Below are positions 38,385-47,228 of a stretch of 64,000 nt of DNA, piece by piece. The position numbers and the translations under genes are program-made. The stretch lies in IMG/VR virus record IMGVR_UViG_3300034283_001314. The stretch is one strand, 5' to 3'. The DNA comes from a virus. Taxonomy: Duplodnaviria; Heunggongvirae; Uroviricota; Caudoviricetes. Every line of letters begins with the position of its first letter. The stretch's first letter is position 1. The notes beneath the pieces were generated by a model that saw only the letters and a program-made list of their open reading frames with translations, searched no databases and was not told the DNA's origin.

Positions 38385-39038
38385 ATGAGTTATTTAGTAG
38401 CCAACATACCACCAATTGAAGTCTTAGTAGATAAGAAATTTTTATACGATTTTCAAAAAGATGAGAAAGGTAATTATTTGGGTGATGGTGAATGGGAAAC
38501 GGGACATTGGGTAAGTGTTAAATCAATTGCAAATCGTGCATTGTTATTTGAAACTTACATTGATGCATTTGGAGCAGTATATGACAAATTACCTATCCAC
38601 GCATTCCGTTGGAGACCATTAGAAACGACAGATAGGGTGTTTCCTTTGGACTTCTTACAACTTTGGGATTGTCTATCATATAACATATCAGTTATCGAAA
38701 AAAGGGTTCTAAGGGGTGTTAAAACCTATACCACAATGAAAGACCATTCGGTAATAGAGGGTGATTATCTATTTACAATTGATACATCACATTCTGACCC
38801 AAATGAAATAGATTGTGGATGGAGTGAAACACCAAACGAACATAAATGTTATAATGTATCTAAATTGGAAAATGGTCAACTATGTGCACAACCAAATAAT
38901 AGAACAAGATTTCACCAACCAAGTAGAACTGCAGATATTACTCAAATACCTTACTTTAGATATTCTACAAAAGTGTGGAAATGTGAAGATTTTGGTAAAT
39001 GGAGGCCCTCGGACATAAATTGGGATTATACCACATAA
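38385..39038 (+). CDS. conserved phage hypothetical protein
   Basis: 217 aa; LPIHAF, LQLWDC, AQPNNR motifs. Confidence 0.55.
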   Translation: MSYLVANIPPIEVLVDKKFLYDFQKDEKGNYLGDGEWETGHWVSVKSIANRALLFETYIDAFGAVYDKLPIHAFRWRPLETTDRVFPLDFLQLWDCLSYNISVIEKRVLRGVKTYTTMKDHSVIEGDYLFTIDTSHSDPNEIDCGWSETPNEHKCYNVSKLENGQLCAQPNNRTRFHQPSRTADITQIPYFRYSTKVWKCEDFGKWRPSDINWDYTT

Positions 39039-39039
39039 T

Positions 39040-41358
39040 ATGAAACATCTATTAGTTATATTATTTTTATTAACATCATTTTTAGGGTTCGGACAAAGTG
39101 TATCTGCTCCGGACTCTAAATCGTTTATACCATCCACTACCGGACAAGATGCAAGTGGATTTGTATTGAGTGGATTTAGTTCTACTGCAACACTATTAGC
39201 ATCAATCAGTTTAGTTAATCCACCATCAGGTACAACATTCGTATTAAACACAACAACAGGTTTAACTGCCGCAAGTGGATTTACTTTAAGTGGTAATAAG
39301 ACTCGTTTAGTAGTAACGGGAACAATGGTAGATATTAACACCGCATTGGCATCACTTAAAGTAAACACAGGTTCTATAAAAGGAAATGTTTTATTATCTG
39401 TGGCAGCAACAATCAATCCAACGGGATATTTCTACAATGGTGTAAACGGACATTTTTATAGACCAATATCAACCGGAGCAACTTATACAAACGCAAGAAT
39501 TTTATCCGAAGCAACAACATTCAAAGGACAAAAAGGATATTTAGTAACAATCACTTCCGCAGATGAAGATTTGTTTATTTTTAATAATGTTCCACAAAGT
39601 AGTATTTGGTTTGCACTAACGGATGAAGAAACGGAAGGTCAATGGAAAATTGATGCCGGTCCTGAAAAAGGAACTCTAATCAAAACATCAAACGGGCAAA
39701 CTGCAGGAAACATACAAGGACAATACAATAACTGGGCAGGTGGTGAACCAAACAATAGTGGTAACGAAGATTATGCAGTAACTAAATGGGGTGGTGGTTC
39801 TCAATGGAATGATTTACCAAATGGGTTTAGTTGTGCTTATGTAATTGAATTTGGAACTTGGACTAATCCAGATGATGCAACATTTACAGAGTTTTATACT
39901 AATTCAGTAACTCACTCAAACGGAGAAGTCCTAACTGCACGATTCAATTTTGACTTTGGTAGTAATGTGGATGAAACTAAATTTTCAGCAAAAGCAAACA
40001 CATATAAAAATAATATATGGGATGTAACAACCAACGCATCAAGAACATTAAGTGGATTAGGTAAAGCAGATATTACAAATGATTTAGATACTACCAAATA
40101 CCCAACAGGAACTAAATATGTAAACTTAACACCTGGTGAAATTGAATTTTGTGTTATATACGAATACGATGCAACCAATAAAAGATATAGAGTTGGTTTA
40201 GATAGTAGATTATGGGAATACACACAAAACGCTCCGGTATGGAATGATGTAAAAAACTTAAAACTTTTTGATTTATACAACGGACCAGTAATACCAAATT
40301 CAACTGGAAGTGGTGATGTTTGGTGGAATGAATATTACATTTATACTGATACTCAATTTAATTATGCAAATTCAACATATCAATCAAATTTAAGAAATGG
40401 TGGTGGTTATTATGCATTAAAATTGGCATCAACTTTTACATTTGGTGATAATACATCTTTGGCACAACACGGAATTGATTTATCATATACCAATCAAACT
40501 GAATTAAATACTTTGTATAGTAGTATAGTTAGTGTTGCAGATGTATATTTGGCATTTAAAGAATTATCAAATGGTGGGTTGTTTGGTAATGAAACTGGTA
40601 ATGAGTTTGGATATGGTATTCAATATATGAACGCCGATGTAAATGGTGATGGTTTATTTAATGAAGCAGATACATATAAATTACTGCAACATTTAACGGG
40701 TGTAGAATCACTTACACAATATTCAACCCTAACATATTTGATGAAACTATATGGTAAATCGGAATATGATGGTATTACAAAATCAAATTGGAATACACAA
40801 TTCAATTCAACGAGAAGTTTATATCCATTCAGTTTAAATACCGGAACACTTAATAACACATATAATGTTAGTGTAAGTTGGAGAGGTGATGTAAATCTTT
40901 CACATTCAGCAATACCTGTGGTTAATACAACCGCAAGCAATTCGGTTAGAAGTAGTATGAGTGTTAAAACAATGAGTTCACCAATATCAAACGAAATCAA
41001 CGCATCAATCATAACTGAAATAATAGGTGATAGTGTTTATGCATATATTACAATAGACCCACTACAACAAGAATTAGTAGGAACTCAATTACATTTAAAT
41101 TATGATAATAGTTTGTTAAAGTTTGGTAGTGTATCTTATAAAACAATAGGTTCACCAACCAATTACGGAACGGACAAAAGTGATTATGTGAATTTTGGTT
41201 CATTGATTACCGATGGTGGTGTTTTGAATAACACAACGGAATATAAAATTACATTTACAACTAAAACAAAATTGGATAATATATTGGGATTGGTTTCGGT
41301 TGGATTTATGGATGCAGTTAACAAAAGTGGGAAAACATTAAAAATAATAATGAAATAA
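39040..41358 (+). CDS. secreted C-type lectin domain protein with dockerin-like and cohesin-like C-terminus
   Basis: signal peptide; NGHFY, GYLVTITSADE, WAGGEPNN, WNDL, YVIEF (CTL); DVNGDGLFNEAD. Confidence 0.7.
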   Translation: MKHLLVILFLLTSFLGFGQSVSAPDSKSFIPSTTGQDASGFVLSGFSSTATLLASISLVNPPSGTTFVLNTTTGLTAASGFTLSGNKTRLVVTGTMVDINTALASLKVNTGSIKGNVLLSVAATINPTGYFYNGVNGHFYRPISTGATYTNARILSEATTFKGQKGYLVTITSADEDLFIFNNVPQSSIWFALTDEETEGQWKIDAGPEKGTLIKTSNGQTAGNIQGQYNNWAGGEPNNSGNEDYAVTKWGGGSQWNDLPNGFSCAYVIEFGTWTNPDDATFTEFYTNSVTHSNGEVLTARFNFDFGSNVDETKFSAKANTYKNNIWDVTTNASRTLSGLGKADITNDLDTTKYPTGTKYVNLTPGEIEFCVIYEYDATNKRYRVGLDSRLWEYTQNAPVWNDVKNLKLFDLYNGPVIPNSTGSGDVWWNEYYIYTDTQFNYANSTYQSNLRNGGGYYALKLASTFTFGDNTSLAQHGIDLSYTNQTELNTLYSSIVSVADVYLAFKELSNGGLFGNETGNEFGYGIQYMNADVNGDGLFNEADTYKLLQHLTGVESLTQYSTLTYLMKLYGKSEYDGITKSNWNTQFNSTRSLYPFSLNTGTLNNTYNVSVSWRGDVNLSHSAIPVVNTTASNSVRSSMSVKTMSSPISNEINASIITEIIGDSVYAYITIDPLQQELVGTQLHLNYDNSLLKFGSVSYKTIGSPTNYGTDKSDYVNFGSLITDGGVLNNTTEYKITFTTKTKLDNILGLVSVGFMDAVNKSGKTLKIIMK

Positions 41359-41371
41359 AAAACTAAAAATT

Positions 41372-41668
41372 ATGAATGTATCGTTTGATTATAATGAAAT
41401 GAAGAATTTTATATCACACACAGGTAAATATAAAATTGTAAATGTTAAGTGTTTTATTCAAGTTCCTAGTAGTTGGTATAATCAATTTAGAAGAGAAGAA
41501 GAAGAAGTAGAGATGGAAGTGACTTACCTAATAGATGATATTGAGACTGAAAAATGGATATTTGACGAAAGATATAGAAAAAGAAAAGACGAACTTATGA
41601 GATGGAGTATCGAATCAGTTTTTTACAGAGAATTCAAAAGTAAAATATTAGATTTATTATATAAATGA
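41372..41668 (+). CDS. hypothetical protein
   Basis: 98 aa ORF. Confidence 0.45.
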   Translation: MNVSFDYNEMKNFISHTGKYKIVNVKCFIQVPSSWYNQFRREEEEVEMEVTYLIDDIETEKWIFDERYRKRKDELMRWSIESVFYREFKSKILDLLYK

Positions 41669-42558
41669 AAAAACTATTATTAATCATATCGTTAGTTTTA
41701 ATTGGGTTTGTTGCAAACTCACAAATCCAAAAACCTGATACATTACAACTATCTGCAAAGGAACTATTTGGAGAAAGTGATGATTGGAACGATGTGGGTA
41801 TATTACAATCATATGTTAATTTTTCAAAAGATGTACTTTCATCATCAAATCTTTCAATTGGTGTAATTGGTAGACAAGTATCAACTACTCTTAATTTTGG
41901 ATACCATAAATCATCTTTAAATGGACAATGGGGACATTCATTTGCAGCATCAATAAATCCTATATGGAACTATTATGGTGTGGGATATGGACTTAGTAGA
42001 AATACAGAAAAAAGAACAACAACAATACAAACATTTTATTCTACGGACTTTGATTTCCAAAAAGATATTAACCTATCTTTTATAGATGTGTTTAGAACAA
42101 AAAAGTATGGAACATTCGGTTATAGTTTAACAGTATCAAAATCATTTTGGGGAACTTATCAAGGTGAATGGGAAGGAAAATATACGGTAGATGAAAATGG
42201 TGATTTTAAAGATTTAATATATCCAATGATGCCGGCATCATCTGAACTTACTTATAGAGGTATGGTGATGTACACTTATACATTGAAAACAAAAAGGGTA
42301 GATATTTCACCACAAGTATTCGCAATGAGTGATGTATATAAAGTATTCAAAGATGGTACTGAATCGGATTTGGCATATGTGGATGATTTCAATTTGGACT
42401 TATATTATGGTGTGTCTATGGATTGGAAAATAACTAAAAGATTTGTATTAAACACTAATATCAGATATAACACAACTTGGGATAAATTAAGTGAGTCAGT
42501 TGGATATAAAAAGAGTAACCCAATCCTATTTATGATAGGAACAAACTTTCAATTTTAA
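41665..42558 (+). CDS. putative outer-membrane beta-barrel protein
   Basis: signal peptide; alternating aromatic beta-strands; C-terminal IGTNFQF beta-signal. Confidence 0.6.
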   Translation: MKKLLLIISLVLIGFVANSQIQKPDTLQLSAKELFGESDDWNDVGILQSYVNFSKDVLSSSNLSIGVIGRQVSTTLNFGYHKSSLNGQWGHSFAASINPIWNYYGVGYGLSRNTEKRTTTIQTFYSTDFDFQKDINLSFIDVFRTKKYGTFGYSLTVSKSFWGTYQGEWEGKYTVDENGDFKDLIYPMMPASSELTYRGMVMYTYTLKTKRVDISPQVFAMSDVYKVFKDGTESDLAYVDDFNLDLYYGVSMDWKITKRFVLNTNIRYNTTWDKLSESVGYKKSNPILFMIGTNFQF

Positions 42559-42899
42559 TGAAAAAGATATTATTCATATTAATTTTATCATTGGTAGCAT
42601 GTAGAAAAACACAAGTTCCACCAATACCACAACCTGTTCCAAACATATTTAGTGTTAAAGAAAGTAGTGTAACAAATGGACAAGAAATACAATTTGAATT
42701 AACTCAAACTGGGGTATATACATTAACAATTGGTGATAGTGTAACTAAACAAGTTTTGACAAGAGAAAGATTTAATGGACAAATTGGACAAAATAAAAAG
42801 AAAATATACACTAAAGGACTAGAAAGTAAATATTTATATCTGTTATTGGAAGATGTTACTAAAAATAAATTAGGTAAAACAATAATAGTAGTAAAATAA
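42558..42899 (+). CDS. lipoprotein
   Basis: lipobox LVAC followed by RK. Confidence 0.65.
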   Translation: MKKILFILILSLVACRKTQVPPIPQPVPNIFSVKESSVTNGQEIQFELTQTGVYTLTIGDSVTKQVLTRERFNGQIGQNKKKIYTKGLESKYLYLLLEDVTKNKLGKTIIVVK

Positions 42900-42900
42900 A

Positions 42901-43284
42901 ATGAGAAAAATTGATAAACTTTTAGGATTAGGATTTTTGGTAACCCTTTTGGCATTGAGTTGTAGAAAGATTGACTTACCTGCACCAATTGCACAAGAAT
43001 TACCAACGGAATTAAAAATATCAAATTCAGTAGGTATTAAATTACAAACTGCATTCGTAACTTCGGAAGTTGCAATGAATGTGAAAAGTGATGTAGCACA
43101 AACTGTGACTATTAGAATATTTGATATTGCAAACAAAGTTGTATCAAAATCTACAAGTGATGTTAATGTTGGTGACAATGTATTAAAAGTATATACAAAT
43201 GCACTACCATCATCTGCTTATAGAATTGGAATATACGATATGAGTGGTAAACAATTAGGAATAACAGATTTTAACAAATTATAA
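42901..43284 (+). CDS. lipoprotein with Ig/T9SS-CTD-like domain
   Basis: lipobox LALSC; 'TIRIFDIANKVV...LPSSAYRIGI' resembles T9SS CTD-type sandwiches. Confidence 0.55.
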   Translation: MRKIDKLLGLGFLVTLLALSCRKIDLPAPIAQELPTELKISNSVGIKLQTAFVTSEVAMNVKSDVAQTVTIRIFDIANKVVSKSTSDVNVGDNVLKVYTNALPSSAYRIGIYDMSGKQLGITDFNKL

Positions 43285-43297
43285 AAAACAAAAATTT

Positions 43298-43606
43298 ATG
43301 TCAGAAGAAGTAGAAAAATCAGAATCAACCGGTGGTTCAATTAAGAATATACTTATCGGTTTAGTATCAACAATCACATTAGGTGTGGGCGGTTGGTTTA
43401 CAACAAAATTAACAGGTGGTGACGAAAAAGAAGCTCCAGTTCAACAAGCAGCTCCTGTAATCAACATTACAAATTCTAACCAACAATCTGCAGGTGGAAC
43501 AACTAAAGTTATCGAAAGAGAAAGAGTAGTTGAAAAAGAAAAACCAGCTCCAAAACCTAAAAAGAAAGAAGGTGATGAGTTTAAGGAAGAAGCACCTAAG
43601 TGGTAA
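43298..43606 (+). CDS. single-TM protein
   Basis: one TM followed by a low-complexity charged tail. Confidence 0.5.
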   Translation: MSEEVEKSESTGGSIKNILIGLVSTITLGVGGWFTTKLTGGDEKEAPVQQAAPVINITNSNQQSAGGTTKVIERERVVEKEKPAPKPKKKEGDEFKEEAPKW

Positions 43607-43632
43607 TTTAACATATTAAAAATTTATATAAA

Positions 43633-44289
43633 ATGGCAGAGCAACCGAGTGGTTTTAAAGACCTATTGAGTAATATGATGAAACGCAGATGGTATATCAC
43701 TGCGTTGGTATTGGGTGGATTTATGTTTATTATAGGAGGAATGTTCTTCGCTATATTTTCTAAATCCGAAATAGCAGGAGAATGGAAAGAACTTTTACTT
43801 TTATTGTTAGGAGCATTTATTGGTTCTTATGGTAAAATCATTGACTATTGGTTTAGTGATACTGATAAGGATAAGATGTTAGTACAAAAGATGGATGAGG
43901 AAGATGGCACATCAATGAGCAATACTGCTGATATGCCTGTAACTCCACCAAACAATACTCCATTGATTCCAGATGCATTTGTACAAGCTGCAAAAAACGC
44001 ACATGAAATCAATTTAATCGAAGCAAACAAAGTAGATGTAAAATCGGAACCAAATAATCCACAACATATCGAAACCCCTTTCAAACCACAACCAAGAACA
44101 GGCGTAGAGGTAGACGAAGATGGTGATGGTGTAATGGATGGTATTGATTTTGATGGTGATGGTAAGATTGATGTATATTTTGCACATAGACAATGTGAAC
44201 ATATTTGGGGTGATGTGGATGGAGATGGTGATGAAGAATGTTTGAAGTGTGGAAAGATTAAAGATGAAGATGCTGAAATGGCAGGATAA
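43633..44289 (+). CDS. 2-TM membrane protein with DxDGDG repeats and a Cys/His cluster
   Basis: two TMs; DEDGDG, DFDGDG, DVDGDG; CEH...CLKC. Confidence 0.55.
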   Translation: MAEQPSGFKDLLSNMMKRRWYITALVLGGFMFIIGGMFFAIFSKSEIAGEWKELLLLLLGAFIGSYGKIIDYWFSDTDKDKMLVQKMDEEDGTSMSNTADMPVTPPNNTPLIPDAFVQAAKNAHEINLIEANKVDVKSEPNNPQHIETPFKPQPRTGVEVDEDGDGVMDGIDFDGDGKIDVYFAHRQCEHIWGDVDGDGDEECLKCGKIKDEDAEMAG

Positions 44290-44329
44290 ATAGAGGTTAC
44301 ACCTTAATAACAATTAAAAGGAGTAAATT

Positions 44330-44608
44330 ATGGGATTTTGGAAAGAATTATTTAAAGACAACAACGATATCAACGAAAAATCAGTAGTTGGTTTCATATC
44401 ATTCGGTATGATGGTAATCGCTCTATTCGTAGACTTGGTAACAGGTTGGATGGGTAAAGAATTATTAATCAACGAGTATATTTTTAACGGATTTTTAGTA
44501 ATCACTTTGGGTTCATTTGGTATCGCTTCAGTTGATAAGTACATCAATAGAAAAGCGGAACATGATAAGAACAAATTAGAAGCCGGAGCCGAAGAGGAAT
44601 TAGGTTAA
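44330..44608 (+). CDS. small 2-TM membrane protein (holin-like topology)
   Basis: two hydrophobic helices and a charged tail. Confidence 0.5.
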   Translation: MGFWKELFKDNNDINEKSVVGFISFGMMVIALFVDLVTGWMGKELLINEYIFNGFLVITLGSFGIASVDKYINRKAEHDKNKLEAGAEEELG

Positions 44609-44624
44609 TAATTTATTAACATTG

Positions 44625-44653
44625 AAACCCTCACTTTATGTGGGGGTTTTTTT
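44625..44653 (+). terminator. intrinsic terminator
   Basis: AAACCCTCAC-tttat-GTGGGGGTTT followed by a T run. Confidence 0.7.
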
Positions 44654-44657
44654 ATTT

Positions 44658-45359
44658 ATGCGTATGGATAACTTATTAACAATAGTAATACCTTGTAAAA
44701 ATGAAAGAGATAACATATATGAGTGTATTGGATTTATTGCAAAGCAAATGGGTTCCGCAGGACTTAAAGTTATTATTGCAGATACTTCCGATGAGGGTGA
44801 TAGTTTAGATTTTTTATATTATGTTCAAAGAGATTTTAAATACTCATTGGATATAGAAATTATACAAGGTGGTTTTCCAGCTAAAGCAAGATTAGATGGT
44901 AGTAAATTAGTAACTACACCTTACATTTTATTTTTGGATGCAGACATAATGTTGCAAGATAAATTCATATTAGGTGAATGTTTAGCATACAATACTGATT
45001 TAGTGACGGTACCATTTCAAACCGAAAAGGGATTCAATTGGATATTTCGATTATTTGATATCCAGCAAAGAATGAGTAATTGGTTAAGAACTCCTTTTGC
45101 AGTAGGTGGATTTCAATTATGGAAAACTGAAGCATATTGGAAAACCGGTGGATACGATGAAACTCATTTATTCGCAGAAGATTATTGGGTTTCTCAAAGA
45201 GCAGAAGTAATGAAAATACACAAAACAAAAGGTGTATGGACATCTGCAAGAAGATTTAAGAATAAAGGATTTTTTTATATGTTTATATTAAGTATTAAAT
45301 GCTACATCAACCGAAACAATACAGAATTTTTCAAAAATCATCAAAATTATTGGATATGA
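44658..45359 (+). CDS. GT2 glycosyltransferase
   Basis: IVIPCKNE, IIAD, FLDAD, GGYDE...AED; start moved downstream of the terminator. Confidence 0.85.
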   Translation: MRMDNLLTIVIPCKNERDNIYECIGFIAKQMGSAGLKVIIADTSDEGDSLDFLYYVQRDFKYSLDIEIIQGGFPAKARLDGSKLVTTPYILFLDADIMLQDKFILGECLAYNTDLVTVPFQTEKGFNWIFRLFDIQQRMSNWLRTPFAVGGFQLWKTEAYWKTGGYDETHLFAEDYWVSQRAEVMKIHKTKGVWTSARRFKNKGFFYMFILSIKCYINRNNTEFFKNHQNYWI

Positions 45360-46078
45360 GATATCAAACGATAATCGTATCTGATTTACATTTGGGAACT
45401 AAAGATTCTAAAGCTGAGGAGTTTATAGAATTTATAGAAGCACACCCAACCGAACTACTAATCCTTAATGGTGATATCATAGATGGGTGGGCTTTGAATA
45501 GAGGAACAAAATGGAAAAAACCACATACAAAGGTTATTTCAAAATTATTACAATTATCAAACAAAACCAGAATCATTTGGATAAGAGGTAATCATGACGA
45601 ATTTATACAAGAGTTCATCGGAACACATTTGGGAGCAATTGAAATTAGAGAAGATTATAAGTTGGATATCGATAATACTATGGAGAGTTACTATATTTTC
45701 CACGGAGATGTTATTGATGTTTTTATAACAAAATATAAATGGTTATCAAAGATAGGTTCAGTAGGATATGATTTTGCACTTTGGTTAAATAGAATTTATA
45801 ACACATATCGTAAATGGAGAAAACTACCTTACATTTCAATATCACAAAAGATTAAGGGTAGTGTTAAAGTAGCAACAAACTATGTAAACGATTTTGAAGT
45901 TACCGCATTGAGTATGGCTACTAAAAAAGGGTGTAATGGGGTGATTTGTGGCCACATTCACCAACCCGCGGATAGAATGATTAATGGTAAACGATATCTC
46001 AATAGTGGAGATTGGGTAGAAAATATGAGTGCTATTTGTATAGATAATACCGGAAAGGTATATTTATATGAAAAGTAA
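45356..46078 (+). CDS. LpxH-like UDP-2,3-diacylglucosamine hydrolase / metallophosphoesterase
   Basis: SDLHLG, GDIID, GNHD, HGD, CGHIH, NSGDW. Confidence 0.85.
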   Translation: MRYQTIIVSDLHLGTKDSKAEEFIEFIEAHPTELLILNGDIIDGWALNRGTKWKKPHTKVISKLLQLSNKTRIIWIRGNHDEFIQEFIGTHLGAIEIREDYKLDIDNTMESYYIFHGDVIDVFITKYKWLSKIGSVGYDFALWLNRIYNTYRKWRKLPYISISQKIKGSVKVATNYVNDFEVTALSMATKKGCNGVICGHIHQPADRMINGKRYLNSGDWVENMSAICIDNTGKVYLYEK

Positions 46079-46084
46079 TCATGT

Positions 46085-46807
46085 ATGAAAAAATTAAGCG
46101 TATTATTAAGTTTCTTTTTGTTAAGCAGTGTTGTGGGTGTTGCTCAAACAATAGGAAGCACTAAGACAGAACAATTTAAAGCATCGTTTGAAACAAAGAT
46201 TGATATTTCTCAATTCTTAGATTACGATGGTCCTCAAATTCCTATTCAAATTTTAAAGGCAGGTATATCTGATGAGATGTATGAAATGTATCCTGAATTA
46301 AAAGAAAAGAGAGTAGGATTGGGTGTTGCAAATATCTCAATGGAATATTTAGAAAACCTTAATCGTTTCAAATTCACCGAAGATAAAACGGAAATTAAGA
46401 ATAGAATGGTTAAACAATTCCAAGCATCAGCAGCTGGAATTTCCGAAAACAAATTAGATGGTAGAGGAAAGATTAGTTTAGCAGAATACTTTGTAACAAT
46501 TGAATGTTATGATTATTCAGTATCAGAAGATGAGACTATAAACTTAAAAGATGGTATCAAAGATAATATGGTGACAAGAATAGGTTTACAAGTTAGATTT
46601 ACAAATGCAGAAACAGGAGTGGTATTTGGTGCAAGTGGATTAGGAGAAGCAACTACCAATAGACAATTAACACTATTATCAGATGCAACGATAGACCCAA
46701 TCAAATTCAATCAATCAACTATTTCTATTGCAACAAAGAAAGCATTAGATATCGCTTGTGCAAGAATATTAGATAGGATGATTAAAAAAGGAATATTTAC
46801 AAAATAA
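46085..46807 (+). CDS. secreted CsgG/HfaB-like protein
   Basis: signal peptide; LGVANI..EYL...RFKFTE and IGLQVRFTNAETG resemble the CsgG fold. Confidence 0.55.
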   Translation: MKKLSVLLSFFLLSSVVGVAQTIGSTKTEQFKASFETKIDISQFLDYDGPQIPIQILKAGISDEMYEMYPELKEKRVGLGVANISMEYLENLNRFKFTEDKTEIKNRMVKQFQASAAGISENKLDGRGKISLAEYFVTIECYDYSVSEDETINLKDGIKDNMVTRIGLQVRFTNAETGVVFGASGLGEATTNRQLTLLSDATIDPIKFNQSTISIATKKALDIACARILDRMIKKGIFTK

Positions 46808-46818
46808 AAATTTACAAA

Positions 46819-46926
46819 ATGGGAACAAAACCTAAAAAGAAAAGAGCAATGAGAAGTGTTAAATCTGGAATTAAGACAGCAGAACAAATTAAAAAGAATT
46901 TGGCAATTTTACAAAACTTAAAATAA
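46819..46926 (+). CDS. small basic peptide (35 aa, not in ORF track)
   Basis: MGTKPKKKRAMRSVKSGIKTAEQIKKNLAILQNLK; stop overlaps the next ATG. Confidence 0.45.
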   Translation: MGTKPKKKRAMRSVKSGIKTAEQIKKNLAILQNLK

Positions 46927-47228
46927 TGAGAAAGTTATTATTAGTATTATTACTGGGATTATTTAGTTGCACACCTGTAAGATATGTGTATGTTGACCAA
47001 AAAGATTCAGTTGTAAAAAAACAAAGAGTTGTATATGATGATTTGTATGTTCCATCACCATTCTTTTTTAATTACGGATGGGGTGTTCCTTATTACAATC
47101 CAATCATTATACAAAGACAAAGACCTATTGTAATTCCACGTAGACCAATAGTACAACCAAATAGATGGGTTAGGCCTAATACTCCACAAAGAACTTTACC
47201 ACCTAGAGTACCTAGAGTAAAAAGATAA
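46926..47228 (+). CDS. Pro/Arg-rich lipoprotein
   Basis: lipobox LFSC; disordered P/R tail. Confidence 0.6.
   Translation: MRKLLLVLLLGLFSCTPVRYVYVDQKDSVVKKQRVVYDDLYVPSPFFFNYGWGVPYYNPIIIQRQRPIVIPRRPIVQPNRWVRPNTPQRTLPPRVPRVKR

Noticed and set aside
36731-41358. Diversity-generating retroelement acting on the lectin gene
   Set aside because: No reverse transcriptase or near-identical TR/VR repeat pair in the window; the paralog similarity is at protein level only.
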